Origin: an uncultured Fibrobacterota bacterium
GTDB lineage: Bacteria; Fibrobacterota; Chitinivibrionia; Chitinivibrionales; FEN-1185
DNA length: 64,000 nt
Reading direction: 5' to 3'
Assembly (NCBI GenBank): GCA_963753345.1
Contig: CAVWBU010000024.1
Coordinates: 96,001-160,000 of the forward strand
Positions 10,099 to 19,309 of the stretch are shown piece after piece. A program made the position numbers and the translations under genes. Every line of letters begins with the position of its first letter. Position 1 is the stretch's first letter. The notes under the pieces were generated by a model that worked only from the letters and a program-made list of their open reading frames with translations, ran no database searches and was not told where the DNA came from.

Positions 10099-10281
10099 AA
10101 TAAGCTATCGAACTACGTATTGGAAACGCGTTTATTGACGATCTTTTTCCGGTTCGTCCCTCCGAATATTTCAAAGAACAAGAAAAGCCAAATCGATCAA
10201 TCAATCGATATTTTCACTTTTCTCCAAAGTGTGTCAAGAACAACAAGAAATCCATCGCTACGAGACCAGGACAGGTATTTA

Positions 10282-12507
10282 TCAAAACTTGGTCGTCAGG
10301 CTCAGCCGAAAGCTGAGCGGCTCTGACGGATGGATTTCAAAGTCGTTGACGCCCGCGGCAGGCTCTCCTTTGAGGCGGGTCGCATAGTAATATTCCATAT
10401 CATTGACTTGCGCGTTAAAGATATTTAATACGTCAAGCGTGAGCCGCACATTGCGATTGAAATCGTAGGCAATTTGGCCGTTAAAGAGCGTAGAAGCCGT
10501 TGACCGCTCGCTGTTGTCCTGAACAAGCGCCCGAGGGCCAAAGTAGCGCATAAAAAGGCTTGCCGAAAACGGACCAAGCCTATGAATAGAAGCGCCGGCC
10601 GACACGGCCGTCTCAATGGCTTCCGGTACATATTGTCCATCCGTATCGGGGTTAATAAAACGGGCCTGAGAATACGCCACGTCGAGGTCAAAGAGCAGCC
10701 AGGGCAACGGCTGCCAGCGTTCGCTCCACTCGACACCCATCCGGCGGGACGGCGCCGAGGGGTCGGTGGTTCCTTCGTCTGCGTCCCATACCAGTTCGGA
10801 GCTGAAATCCTGAAGCCACAGGGCGAGAGAATTTTGCAATCCGGGGATGACATCGTTGCGTCCGCCGATTTCAAATCCTCGCGACCGCACAAGAAGTGTC
10901 ACTTTGTCAACGGAATCGCCGGACTTCTCATTTATGGTTGCGGTGGCGCCGCGGACATCGTTTGAGTGATACCCGTCCCCGTAATTGGCATACAACTCGG
11001 TTTTTGCCCATGGCCCCAAAACAACCGTTACCTTGGGGAGAAGCATGCTCGCTTCCGCACTCCCGGAGTTTACCGTGTAGTCTGAACGCACATCGGCATT
11101 AAGATATACCCCTCTCAGCCCGAGCATAACCTTTATCCAGGGCGTAAGCCGGCTGTCCAGATCAACCCACGGTTCAATTTTTGTTTCCACGACGCTGTCC
11201 ACGCCCCAGGATTCGAGCACACGGCGGTGATCGGTGTGCAGCAGTCCCACCGGATCAATCAGATCGCAACGCGCGTCGAGGCCTGCCCGGAATTTTTCCT
11301 GGAGGCCAAGCAACGAGAATTCCCGCTGCCAATTGTCCGATGTTCCAAAGAACCATCTGTTGTCTTTCTGGTTCATCTGATCCCCGTTCACCGTGTCGTC
11401 AAGAAAGTAGGTGAAATTTGAGAAAAGATTCATGTAGTACTGGACAACGTATGCGTTGGCAGAAAGCACGCCGCCTCCGAGCTGTCCTTTCCAGGAGGTT
11501 GAAAGGCTGTAGCGGTGAGACGTGCCGCCGTCGCTGGAGTCCTCGGTGCCCCAGATGCTGATGAGGCCTTCGGTCACGGCCCGCTGCGGGATATGGTTGG
11601 TGGCATTCCATTCACCGGAATAACCCATTGCCTCTATGTCAAAGGTTCCATCGCCGAGCTGGCGCGACCAGCGCAACATGCCGTTAAACTTGTTGAAGTC
11701 CTGGGGAACAACAAACGGTCCATCCTGGTGCATCGCCTCCAATCCGAGAAGAAGTTTGCCGCCGGCCAGATCGGTGGATGCGGCGGCAAGGGAACGGTAG
11801 TAGCCATAGGAGCCGATCGTTGCAGTCACAAAAGGGTGGGCAAGCTGCTTGTCATAGAAAATGTTGATCGCTCCCGCGGAAGAGAAATCGCCCTCTGCCG
11901 CGTTGTAGGTTCCCTTGAAATAGTCGGCATGATCGATAAGTTCCGGAATAACGAAATTGAGATCGTCGTAGCCCTGACCGTGGCCTTGCGTTGGCAGGTT
12001 GACCGGTACGCCATCGACCGAAGTTGCAAAGTCGGTCCCATGGTCGAGGTTGAAACCGCGCAACAGAAACTGATTTGCCTTGCCTGCGCCGCTGTGCTGG
12101 GTGACGATGAGTCCGGGAACAAGTTCTTCAACTTCGCCGGGCCGAAGGATCGGACGGTCTTCCAGAAGCTGACTGGTGTAGGACCCGCTGCTGGCGGCTT
12201 CGGTGGTTCCTGTTTTGTTCTGATAATGCCCGAGCACATTTATCGGTGCGAGTTCCGTTATTCCTGTCTTCGTTTTCGCGGCCTTGGCCGTCTGGGCGTT
12301 GGAATCGGTTGCCGCCTTGGCGCTGTCATTGGAAACCGCAACTGCCGAATCGCTTTCCACCGGAACCGGTATCTCGTCGGGATGAGGAACCTCGGCATGG
12401 GATAAGCCTGCAAGAAACAGTACCGCGAGGATAAAACGATGAGCCTGCGAGAATAGAAATCCGGGGCGACCATCCGCTAAACGCACTAAACAAGCTCTCT
12501 TTGTCAT
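10282..12507 (-). CDS. TonB-dependent receptor (probable Ni/Co or other metal uptake)
   Basis: Plug motif TQHSGAGKANQFLLRGFNLDHGTDF, amphipathic beta-strands, and NIFN...PLSFRLSLTTKF with terminal Phe. RBS GAAAGGGG before ATG 12507. Divergent from nikM. Confidence 0.85.
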   Translation of the reverse strand: MTKRACLVRLADGRPGFLFSQAHRFILAVLFLAGLSHAEVPHPDEIPVPVESDSAVAVSNDSAKAATDSNAQTAKAAKTKTGITELAPINVLGHYQNKTGTTEAASSGSYTSQLLEDRPILRPGEVEELVPGLIVTQHSGAGKANQFLLRGFNLDHGTDFATSVDGVPVNLPTQGHGQGYDDLNFVIPELIDHADYFKGTYNAAEGDFSSAGAINIFYDKQLAHPFVTATIGSYGYYRSLAAASTDLAGGKLLLGLEAMHQDGPFVVPQDFNKFNGMLRWSRQLGDGTFDIEAMGYSGEWNATNHIPQRAVTEGLISIWGTEDSSDGGTSHRYSLSTSWKGQLGGGVLSANAYVVQYYMNLFSNFTYFLDDTVNGDQMNQKDNRWFFGTSDNWQREFSLLGLQEKFRAGLDARCDLIDPVGLLHTDHRRVLESWGVDSVVETKIEPWVDLDSRLTPWIKVMLGLRGVYLNADVRSDYTVNSGSAEASMLLPKVTVVLGPWAKTELYANYGDGYHSNDVRGATATINEKSGDSVDKVTLLVRSRGFEIGGRNDVIPGLQNSLALWLQDFSSELVWDADEGTTDPSAPSRRMGVEWSERWQPLPWLLFDLDVAYSQARFINPDTDGQYVPEAIETAVSAGASIHRLGPFSASLFMRYFGPRALVQDNSERSTASTLFNGQIAYDFNRNVRLTLDVLNIFNAQVNDMEYYYATRLKGEPAAGVNDFEIHPSEPLSFRLSLTTKF

Positions 12508-12623
12508 CGACGCCCCTTTCTGTGAGCTACTGCACATTGGATAGTTTAGCCGTAGGCCGCAGTTGTCTTTCGTAACCATGATTCTCTATGCTGATCAAAC
12601 ATAACTGCTAACGCCTTACCGTG

Positions 12624-12682
12624 GTAGCATGAATATACCTTTTGTGCTACGAATGATAGCATAAAAATGTTTTTCATGCCAC
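12624..12682. promoter_or_regulatory. Two tandem NikR-like (ribbon-helix-helix) operator palindromes
   Basis: GTAGCAT-N13-GTGCTAC (12624-12650) and ATAGCAT-N13-ATGCCAC (12656-12682) have identical spacing. They sit in the AT-rich divergent region between the TBDR and nikM. Confidence 0.6.
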
Positions 12683-12719
12683 TATATCCATCCACTATTT
12701 TTCTGGTCAAGGAGTCCTC

Positions 12720-13409
12720 ATGCACATTCCCGACGGCTATCTCGGCCCCATCACCTGCGGCATCGGCTACGCCGCCATGGCGCCGATATGGGTCCTTGCC
12801 TCGCGCCGCGTGAAAAAGACGCTGGCGGCCAAGCAAGTCCCGCTGCTCGCCATCGGCGCCGCGTTCTCGTTTGTCATCATGATGTTCAACATCCCGATTC
12901 CGGGTGGCACAACCGGGCACGCCGTGGGCGCCGTACTTGTGGCCATACTGCTCGGCCCGTGGGCGGCCTGCATTGCCGTGAGCGTGGCGCTCGTGATACA
13001 GGCCCTCCTCTTCGGCGACGGGGGCATCACCGCCCTGGGCGCAAACTGCTTCAACATGGCGTTTGTTCTGCCGTTCGCGGGGTATTTGGTCTACAGATTG
13101 ATAAGTGGTAACAGCCCGGTTAAATCGGTTCGAAGGGTTGTTGCGGCGGGGATTGCCGGATACGCTGGACTTGTTATCGCCTCCCTGTGCGCGGGCGTCG
13201 AATTCGGCTTGCAGCCGCTGCTTCATCATACAGCTTCCGGCCAAGCGCTGTATTGTCCCTACGGACTGAAAGTCGCGATCACTTCCATGGTGGGCGGGCA
13301 CGCGCTCGTATTCGGTTGGGTAGAGCTTGCGGTAACGGCGCTGGTTGTCAAATTCCTTCAAGCGCAGGATCCTTCGCTGCTCGGGCGGGAAACCACGGCG
13401 CCATCATGA
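12720..13409 (+). CDS. cbiM: ECF Ni/Co transporter S component NikM/CbiM
   Basis: Diagnostic N-terminus MHIPDGYL, plus PIPGGTTGHAVG and QALLFGDGGITALGAN. RBS AAGGAG. Confidence 0.92.
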   Translation: MHIPDGYLGPITCGIGYAAMAPIWVLASRRVKKTLAAKQVPLLAIGAAFSFVIMMFNIPIPGGTTGHAVGAVLVAILLGPWAACIAVSVALVIQALLFGDGGITALGANCFNMAFVLPFAGYLVYRLISGNSPVKSVRRVVAAGIAGYAGLVIASLCAGVEFGLQPLLHHTASGQALYCPYGLKVAITSMVGGHALVFGWVELAVTALVVKFLQAQDPSLLGRETTAPS

Positions 13410-13747
13410 AGACAACGACAAAACTGTGGATCGGACTCGGCGTTCTCGCCGTCCTTTCCCCAATAGGCCTTTACTTGCCGGAAAAATTCAAGGCGGGATC
13501 GGCATGGGGAGAGTGGGGCGCGAAGGAAATGCAGGGACTGGTCGGATACATCCCCAGTGGACTGGGGAAACTCGGCAAGCTGTGGAATGCCCCCTTGCCC
13601 GATTATGCCTTTAAAGGGTGGGAGAACCTCGGCTTGAGGCATTTGAGCCTTGCATATATCGTCTCGGCGGTTGTCGGCATCGGATTGTGTGTCGGCCTTG
13701 CATTTCTGCTCGGGAAACTGCTTTCCAAAAAGGAAAACGGGCGATGA
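13406..13747 (+). CDS. NikN/CbiN-like (PDGLE-type) small membrane component
   Basis: ATGA overlap with cbiM. Two TM helices flank GSAWGEWG...WNAPLPDYAF. Confidence 0.8.
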   Translation: MKTTTKLWIGLGVLAVLSPIGLYLPEKFKAGSAWGEWGAKEMQGLVGYIPSGLGKLGKLWNAPLPDYAFKGWENLGLRHLSLAYIVSAVVGIGLCVGLAFLLGKLLSKKENGR

Positions 13748-14592
13748 GCGGAAAGAAGACCGGCGGATTTCTGGAGCGAACCATTCTGGGCGCGGTTTCC
13801 GTGCTCAAGGAGACCGTGTCGGCGGAGGGCGTTGCCGGCCGCAAAGGATTTCTTCAGGACCGCGATCCCCGCTTTAAGCTCCTCGGCACGATCCTGTTGC
13901 TGGCAACGGTCCTGATGTCGAAAAGCGTCGCCGAACTGTCGGCAGTCTATTGTGCCGTGCTCATTCTGACCGGGGTTTCATCAATAGGACTCCTGCTGTT
14001 TCTCGAGCGCACGCTCCTGTTTGTCCCGATATTCTCACTCTTTATCGTAGTGCCGGCGATCTTTGATGTCGTGACGCCCGGCGAGCCGCTCGCCTCTTTC
14101 AGGTTGTTGGGATGGAACCTTGCGATCACGAGACAAGGGGTTGACTCCGCAATCATTTTCTTTATGCGGGTGCTCGATTCGGTTTCCATCGCGGTGTTGC
14201 TCGTGCTCACCACACGTCAGCACGTTCTTCTCAAAACACTGCGCATATTCCGCGTGCCGCAGGTGTTCGTCATGACCATGAGCATGAGCTTCCGATACAT
14301 CTTTCTGCTTCTCGATATCATCCAGAGAATGTTCATTGCGATCAAGAGCCGCGTCGGGTTTGTATCGTCATCCAAAGAAGGCCGCAGGGTGGTTACCTCC
14401 ACCATGGCGGGTCTGTGGCTACGCTCGTACCGGTTGCAGTCGCAGGTGTACGATGCCATGGTATCGAGGGGATACTCGGGCGAGGCGTATGTCCTTGACG
14501 AATTCAAAGCAACAGCCGGAGATTTTGCCTTTTCCGCTTTGGCGCTCTGCGCGCTGATAGGAACACTATGGCTCAACAGATATTTTCGCTGA
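13744..14592 (+). CDS. cbiQ: ECF transporter T component CbiQ/NikQ
   Basis: DPRFKL, FRYIFLL, AIKSR and AMVSRGY motifs. ATGA overlap with the previous gene. Confidence 0.9.
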   Translation: MSGKKTGGFLERTILGAVSVLKETVSAEGVAGRKGFLQDRDPRFKLLGTILLLATVLMSKSVAELSAVYCAVLILTGVSSIGLLLFLERTLLFVPIFSLFIVVPAIFDVVTPGEPLASFRLLGWNLAITRQGVDSAIIFFMRVLDSVSIAVLLVLTTRQHVLLKTLRIFRVPQVFVMTMSMSFRYIFLLLDIIQRMFIAIKSRVGFVSSSKEGRRVVTSTMAGLWLRSYRLQSQVYDAMVSRGYSGEAYVLDEFKATAGDFAFSALALCALIGTLWLNRYFR

Positions 14593-15422
14593 CAGGCGTC
14601 GGGTATTCGTACCCGGGAAGCATTCCGGCCCTCAGGGACATATCCCTCTCCGTCAACGCAGGTGACCGCGTTGCGATCATCGGCGCAAACGGCACGGGAA
14701 AGTCAACCCTCCTCACCCTGCTGGACGCATTGATTTTTGCAGGCAAAGGGACCGTGTTTGCCTTCGGCAGGGAGCTTTCCGAAAAATCAATGCGCGACGC
14801 CGCGGCACAGCGCAACTTCCGGCGGCGCGTCGGGTTCGTGTTTCAGAACCCCGAGGTCCAGCTCTTCTGCCCCACGGTGCGGGAAGATATTGTATTCGGG
14901 CCTCTACAGCTTGGCGTCGATCACGATGAAATCCGCCGCAGGCTCGATGCAATCGCCGGAATCATGAGGATCACCCACCTTCTTGACCGTTCGCCGCACC
15001 AGCTTTCCATCGGCGAAAAGAAAAAGGCGGCCATTGCTTCGGTGCTGGTCATGGAGCCCGAGGTGCTGCTTCTCGACGAGCCCACGGCCGGGCTCGATCC
15101 CCAGACCATGCGCGACATCATCGACGTGCTCCAGCAGGCGCATGCGGCCGGAAAAACAATCGTTATGGCGACGCACGACCTGCACATCGTGGAAGAGATC
15201 GCCGACGTGGTCCACGTGTTCGGCGCGGAAAAAACCGTTATACGCAGCGGCACGGCAGAGGAAATCCTGACCGATGCCGAATTTTTGCAGGCAAACAACC
15301 TCGTGCACGTGCATGTGCACCGCCACCTTGGCATCACGCACTCACATCCTCACGATCACGCGCATGATAGTGAACATGCGCATCCTCATGCTGACAAACG
15401 CGACATCAGCGGCTTCAGGTAG
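14568..15422 (+). CDS. cbiO: ECF transporter ATPase CbiO/NikO with His-rich C-terminal tail
   Basis: Walker A GANGTGKST, FQNPEVQLF, LSIGEKKK and LLLDEPTAGLD. Tail HVHVHRHLGITHSHPHDHAHDSEHAHPH. Confidence 0.9.
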   Translation: MAQQIFSLTGVGYSYPGSIPALRDISLSVNAGDRVAIIGANGTGKSTLLTLLDALIFAGKGTVFAFGRELSEKSMRDAAAQRNFRRRVGFVFQNPEVQLFCPTVREDIVFGPLQLGVDHDEIRRRLDAIAGIMRITHLLDRSPHQLSIGEKKKAAIASVLVMEPEVLLLDEPTAGLDPQTMRDIIDVLQQAHAAGKTIVMATHDLHIVEEIADVVHVFGAEKTVIRSGTAEEILTDAEFLQANNLVHVHVHRHLGITHSHPHDHAHDSEHAHPHADKRDISGFR

Positions 15423-15465
15423 GAAGCAAGGCTTTGCGGTCTCGAGCGCGCGGCGGGGCAGGCGG

Positions 15466-15498
15466 AAAAAGAAACCGCCCCGGGTTTCCCCGGGGCGG
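15466..15498 (-). terminator. Rho-independent terminator
   Basis: CCGCCCCGGG-tttc-CCCGGGGCGG hairpin with an adjacent A-run on + (U-tract on -), downstream of the 15539-15967 gene. Confidence 0.75.
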
Positions 15499-15538
15499 CC
15501 ATGACACAAACCCCATAGTCGAACAAAAGCGACGGCAA

Positions 15539-15967
15539 TTACTTTGCAGGTTCAGCGGCAGGAGCGGCTGCAGGAGCGGCTTCCGTCTTTTCTGCTTTCT
15601 TCGCTTTTTCGGCTTTGGGTGCTGCAGCGGCTGCAACAGCTATCTTTTCGGCGACTTTCTTTCCGTCAACCATCTTGCAGGTAACCGTCACTTTTGAGTC
15701 TGCTTTGATGTCGCCAAGGGTAATTGTTTCTTTTCCGCTTGTGATCTTGGCATCGGTGGCAACGGACAGGGTGTCGTCTTTCTTTCCAACTTTTACAATG
15801 ATTGTGTTCGCGACTGCGTCGGCGGATACAAACATTCCCTTGATCGCGGCGGGTGCTGCCTCTTTCTTCGCACCTTTGGCCGGCGCGGCCTTAGGAGCAG
15901 CGGCTTCCTGAGCAAGCACAAGGCTTGTGCAGGCGAGGGCGAGGACAAGAATCTTGGTGAGCTTCAT
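15539..15967 (-). CDS. Small secreted Ala/Lys-rich protein with OB-fold-like (DUF5666-like) core
   Basis: Signal peptide MKLTKILVLALACTSLVLA. Core beta region ADAVANTIIVK...LGDIKADSKVTV...AEKI. RBS AAAGGAG. Confidence 0.75.
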   Translation of the reverse strand: MKLTKILVLALACTSLVLAQEAAAPKAAPAKGAKKEAAPAAIKGMFVSADAVANTIIVKVGKKDDTLSVATDAKITSGKETITLGDIKADSKVTVTCKMVDGKKVAEKIAVAAAAAPKAEKAKKAEKTEAAPAAAPAAEPAK

Positions 15968-16059
15968 ACGGCACTCCTTTATGTGATGGTGAAAGGTTGA
16001 TTGATATGGGGTTTGATTGTTTAAGACATTCCTAGTTTCAGAGACAACGCAGATACTGA

Positions 16060-16076
16060 CGCAAACCACTTGCCAA
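16060..16076 (-). promoter_or_regulatory. Sigma54 (-24/-12) promoter for the 15539-15967 gene
   Basis: Minus strand TTGGCAAGTGGTTTGCG is GG-N10-GC. A sigma54 activator gene is adjacent. Confidence 0.7.
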
Positions 16077-16183
16077 AATAGGCCGCTTCTGTTGGAAACC
16101 GGCCAGCTTGTTATGATTCAAAACATTACGACCATTTTGAGATTCAGATTAAGGAAAGGGGCAACAGCCAGGTTAAGCGCATA

Positions 16184-16223
16184 ACATACGATTTGGTGTG
16201 TTTACATACACGAAATTGTATGT
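16184..16223. promoter_or_regulatory. Tandem enhancer (UAS) palindromes for a sigma54 activator
   Basis: ACATACG-atttgg-TGTGTTT is followed immediately by the perfect ACATACA-cgaaat-TGTATGT, 110-150 bp upstream of the -24/-12 element. Confidence 0.6.
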
Positions 16224-16294
16224 CGGGGTATAGGACTTGGGGATGCCGGTTGCACGAAAAACAAGGCAGGAAGCAGCGGGGATTCCGGAAAGGG

Positions 16295-17656
16295 TCAGCC
16301 TGTGAACTGCTGCCCCTCCTTGAGCCCGAATTTCTCCGCGCGGTACTGGAAGGTGCGGTAGGTCATTCCGAGAAGCTTCGCTGCATCAGCCATCACCCCG
16401 CCCGACTGCTTGAGCGCCTGGGCCAGCATGTTCTTTTCCCACTCCTCAAACACGATTCCCTCTCTCGGAAGGTCCAGGGCGGTGGAAATCGCGGAAACGG
16501 ACCTGGCTACGCGCAGTTCGACCGGCAGGTCGTCCACCGTGATCCGGTCGCTGCTTGACAAAACAGTAATCCGCTCCATCACCGCCTCGAGCTCGCGCAC
16601 GTTCCCCGGCCACGAATATTCCCGGAGGAGTTTCATCGCCGCATCGTCCACCGTCTTCGGCCTGCCCGAGCGGCTGAGGAAGAACCGGAGAAGGGCCTCG
16701 AGGTCTTCGCCCCGTTCGCGCAGCGGCGGGATGGAAATCGGGATGATGTTGAGCCGGTAATAGAGGTCGTCGCGGAATGTTCCCTGCTTTATCGCCTCTT
16801 CGAGGTTTTTGTTGGTGGCGGCGATGATGCGGAGGTCGACCGGGATGCTCTTCGTGCCGCCCACGCGCCTGATTTCCTTTTCCTGGAACACGCGCAGGAG
16901 TTTCGCCTGCGTCGACAGCGACATGTCGCCGACTTCGTCGAGGAACAGGGTGCTGCCCGAAGCGGATTCTATGAGCCCCACATGCAAGTTCTGCGCACCG
17001 GTAAACGAGCCTCTTTCGTGGCCGAACAGCTCGGATTCGAGCAGGGTCTCGGTGAACGCCGCACAGTTGATGCTCTGCATGGGCTTGCGGCCGCGGCCGC
17101 TCTGGTAATGGATGAGCCGCGCGATCCGTTCCTTGCCCGTGCCGGACTCGCCGCGGATCAGCACCGTGGAGTCGCTCTGCGCGACTTTCTTGACAATATC
17201 CAGTACGTTCCTCATCACCTCCGACACCGCCACCAGACCTTCCGTCTGCTGTTTCGTAAGTTCGTCGCGCAGTTTCTGACTTTCGAGGCGGGCGGTGTAG
17301 GTTTCCGCGGCAAGGTCCACCACCTCCCGCAGGACCTGGCTCTGCAGCGGCTTGCTGAGATAATGGTATGCGCCCAGCTGTTTGGCCTTTTGTTTTATTT
17401 CGGGAGATCCGTGGGCGGTTATCATGACGACCTTTGGAGGCAGAGGAAGCCTGGCGACTTCCTCGACCAGCACAAAACCGCTCTTCCCTTCCATCTTGAG
17501 GTCGGTAAGAATGACATCGGGCCCAAATTCCGAAAGCTGCACGAGCGCACTGTCCACATTGTGCGCCTCCACGACCAGATGTCCCGCCGACCGCAGGATA
17601 CTTGCCATGATGTTCCGCTGCGCGGCCTCGTCGTCAACGATGAGTACTCGTGCCAT
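16295..17656 (-). CDS. Sigma54-dependent response regulator (NtrC/ZraR/AtoC family)
   Basis: Receiver (LIVDDE, LTDLKM), AAA+ domain (GESGTGKE, ESELFGHERGSFTGA, LFLDEVG, WPGNVRELE) and a Fis-type HTH. Confidence 0.93.
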   Translation of the reverse strand: MARVLIVDDEAAQRNIMASILRSAGHLVVEAHNVDSALVQLSEFGPDVILTDLKMEGKSGFVLVEEVARLPLPPKVVMITAHGSPEIKQKAKQLGAYHYLSKPLQSQVLREVVDLAAETYTARLESQKLRDELTKQQTEGLVAVSEVMRNVLDIVKKVAQSDSTVLIRGESGTGKERIARLIHYQSGRGRKPMQSINCAAFTETLLESELFGHERGSFTGAQNLHVGLIESASGSTLFLDEVGDMSLSTQAKLLRVFQEKEIRRVGGTKSIPVDLRIIAATNKNLEEAIKQGTFRDDLYYRLNIIPISIPPLRERGEDLEALLRFFLSRSGRPKTVDDAAMKLLREYSWPGNVRELEAVMERITVLSSSDRITVDDLPVELRVARSVSAISTALDLPREGIVFEEWEKNMLAQALKQSGGVMADAAKLLGMTYRTFQYRAEKFGLKEGQQFTG

Positions 17657-17667
17657 GCTGTGATCCT

Positions 17668-19122
17668 CTACGATGCCTCGGCGGCCTCGGCCGGGACGGC
17701 ATCTTCTACTTTGTCAATCGGCAGCACGATGTCGAACTGCGCGCCGCCGCCCGAATGGTTGCTGGCGTGTATCGTGCCGCCGTGTTCCTCGACAATTCTG
17801 CGAGCGAGTGCGAGCCCGAGCCCTGTTCCGCCCGGCCGCTTGCTGAAGTACGGTTCGAAAATGCGTTCGAGGTTTTCCGGTGCGATCCCCTGCCCGTTGT
17901 CGACGACTCTTATGAGCATGCTGCGGTTTGGGGTGGGCTCCGCGACAAGCGATATCGTGCCTCCCTCGGGAACCGCCTCGATGGCATTGAGGAGCAGGTT
18001 GAGGAACACGAGCCGCATCTGTTCGATATCGGCATTGATGGTCTGCGATGTGTCGCCGGAATATTCCATGGAAACGCGCTTCGCGAGAAGCTGCTGCTTG
18101 ATAAGCATCTGCAGCTGATCGAACAGTTCGGACAAGGGGAATTCGGTCTTCTTGAGCCGCGAAGGTCTGCCGATGGTGAGGAACTCGCTTACCATCTTGT
18201 TAAGCTGCTGAACCTCCGCCTTGAGCGCCGTTATCAGCTCCAGGTAGGACCCCCGCCGGCCTTCTTCCTCCGGAAGGTATTCGTCGCTGAGATGATCGGC
18301 CGTGAGATTGATAAGATTGAGGGGGTTCCGTATTTCGTGGGCGAGGTTTGAGGCCATTTCGGCAAGGATCGCATGACGCTCAAGATCGCGCAGCTTATCC
18401 TCCAGAAGCTTCTGCATGCTCAGCTTCTGCGTCATGGCGTTGAAGGATTTGGTGAGGCGCCCGATCTCATCGCGCCCCTTGTGCGGGAGCCGCACCGACA
18501 GGTCGCCCGACGCCACGTGCTCTGCCGCGCTGGAAAGCTGCCGCAGGGGCTTGCTGAGGCGATACAGTACGAAGAACGAAACAAAGAACATGATGAACAG
18601 CGCTATCGATGCTATGATGAGGGTCCGTATGTTCAGTTGACGGGCAAGAATCCCGAAATCGTTGACGACGATGGACGTCTCGAGCATGCCGATCACCTTG
18701 TTGTCGCGGATGATGGGGACCTGGACGAAATCGTAGCGCACCGGCGTTCCGCCGGAATCCTCGGCGCCGTATTGCGCACGTACGATAATTTCCTTGCCGG
18801 ATAGAAGACTGCTCTGCTGCCCCACTTTCTTCGGGTTGGTGCTCGCCACGATCTTTTGCGTGCTTCCCACTACCGAAACTTCACGGACGCGACTGTCGCT
18901 TTTCATCTCTTCGATGAACCGCTCCAGCGCCTCAAAGTCGCGGCCCTTTCTGGTGGCAAGTTTCTGCGTCGAATAGTGCACCGTATGGACTATGTCCTGA
19001 ATGTCGCTTTCGAACTGCCGGATGATGTGGCGCTCGAACTGTATTGTAAAGAACAGCATGAGCGCAACGACAATGACGAAAAACGGCGCAAAGACAAGAA
19101 AAAGCTTGGTTTGAAAACTCAT
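17668..19122 (-). CDS. Membrane sensor histidine kinase (periplasmic domain, HAMP, HisKA, HATPase)
   Basis: Two TM helices, HAMP DEIGRLTKSFNAM, H-box AHEIRNPL, N-box NLLLNAIEA, and G-boxes DNGQGI and GTGLGL. Confidence 0.93.
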   Translation of the reverse strand: MSFQTKLFLVFAPFFVIVVALMLFFTIQFERHIIRQFESDIQDIVHTVHYSTQKLATRKGRDFEALERFIEEMKSDSRVREVSVVGSTQKIVASTNPKKVGQQSSLLSGKEIIVRAQYGAEDSGGTPVRYDFVQVPIIRDNKVIGMLETSIVVNDFGILARQLNIRTLIIASIALFIMFFVSFFVLYRLSKPLRQLSSAAEHVASGDLSVRLPHKGRDEIGRLTKSFNAMTQKLSMQKLLEDKLRDLERHAILAEMASNLAHEIRNPLNLINLTADHLSDEYLPEEEGRRGSYLELITALKAEVQQLNKMVSEFLTIGRPSRLKKTEFPLSELFDQLQMLIKQQLLAKRVSMEYSGDTSQTINADIEQMRLVFLNLLLNAIEAVPEGGTISLVAEPTPNRSMLIRVVDNGQGIAPENLERIFEPYFSKRPGGTGLGLALARRIVEEHGGTIHASNHSGGGAQFDIVLPIDKVEDAVPAEAAEAS

Positions 19123-19309
19123 AGTGATGAACTGTTGGTTTGTGGCGGTTCCGAACCTTCAGTAAAATAGTACCTCATAGCGTGCCGGTAGCAACAATTT
19201 GTATGGCCGACAATCCCCTATCTGCGGCCTCCGTTTTTCCACCGGCAGCATTCGGCTCCTTTTCGCCGAATTCTGTGCCCGTATTCGAATTATGTATTTT
19301 GAGTGAGAC

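Noticed and set aside
9521-12719. Cobalamin riboswitch upstream of the TBDRs or cbiM
   Set aside because: No recognisable B12 box or GGGAA...GCCCCCGC core in the intergenic segments.
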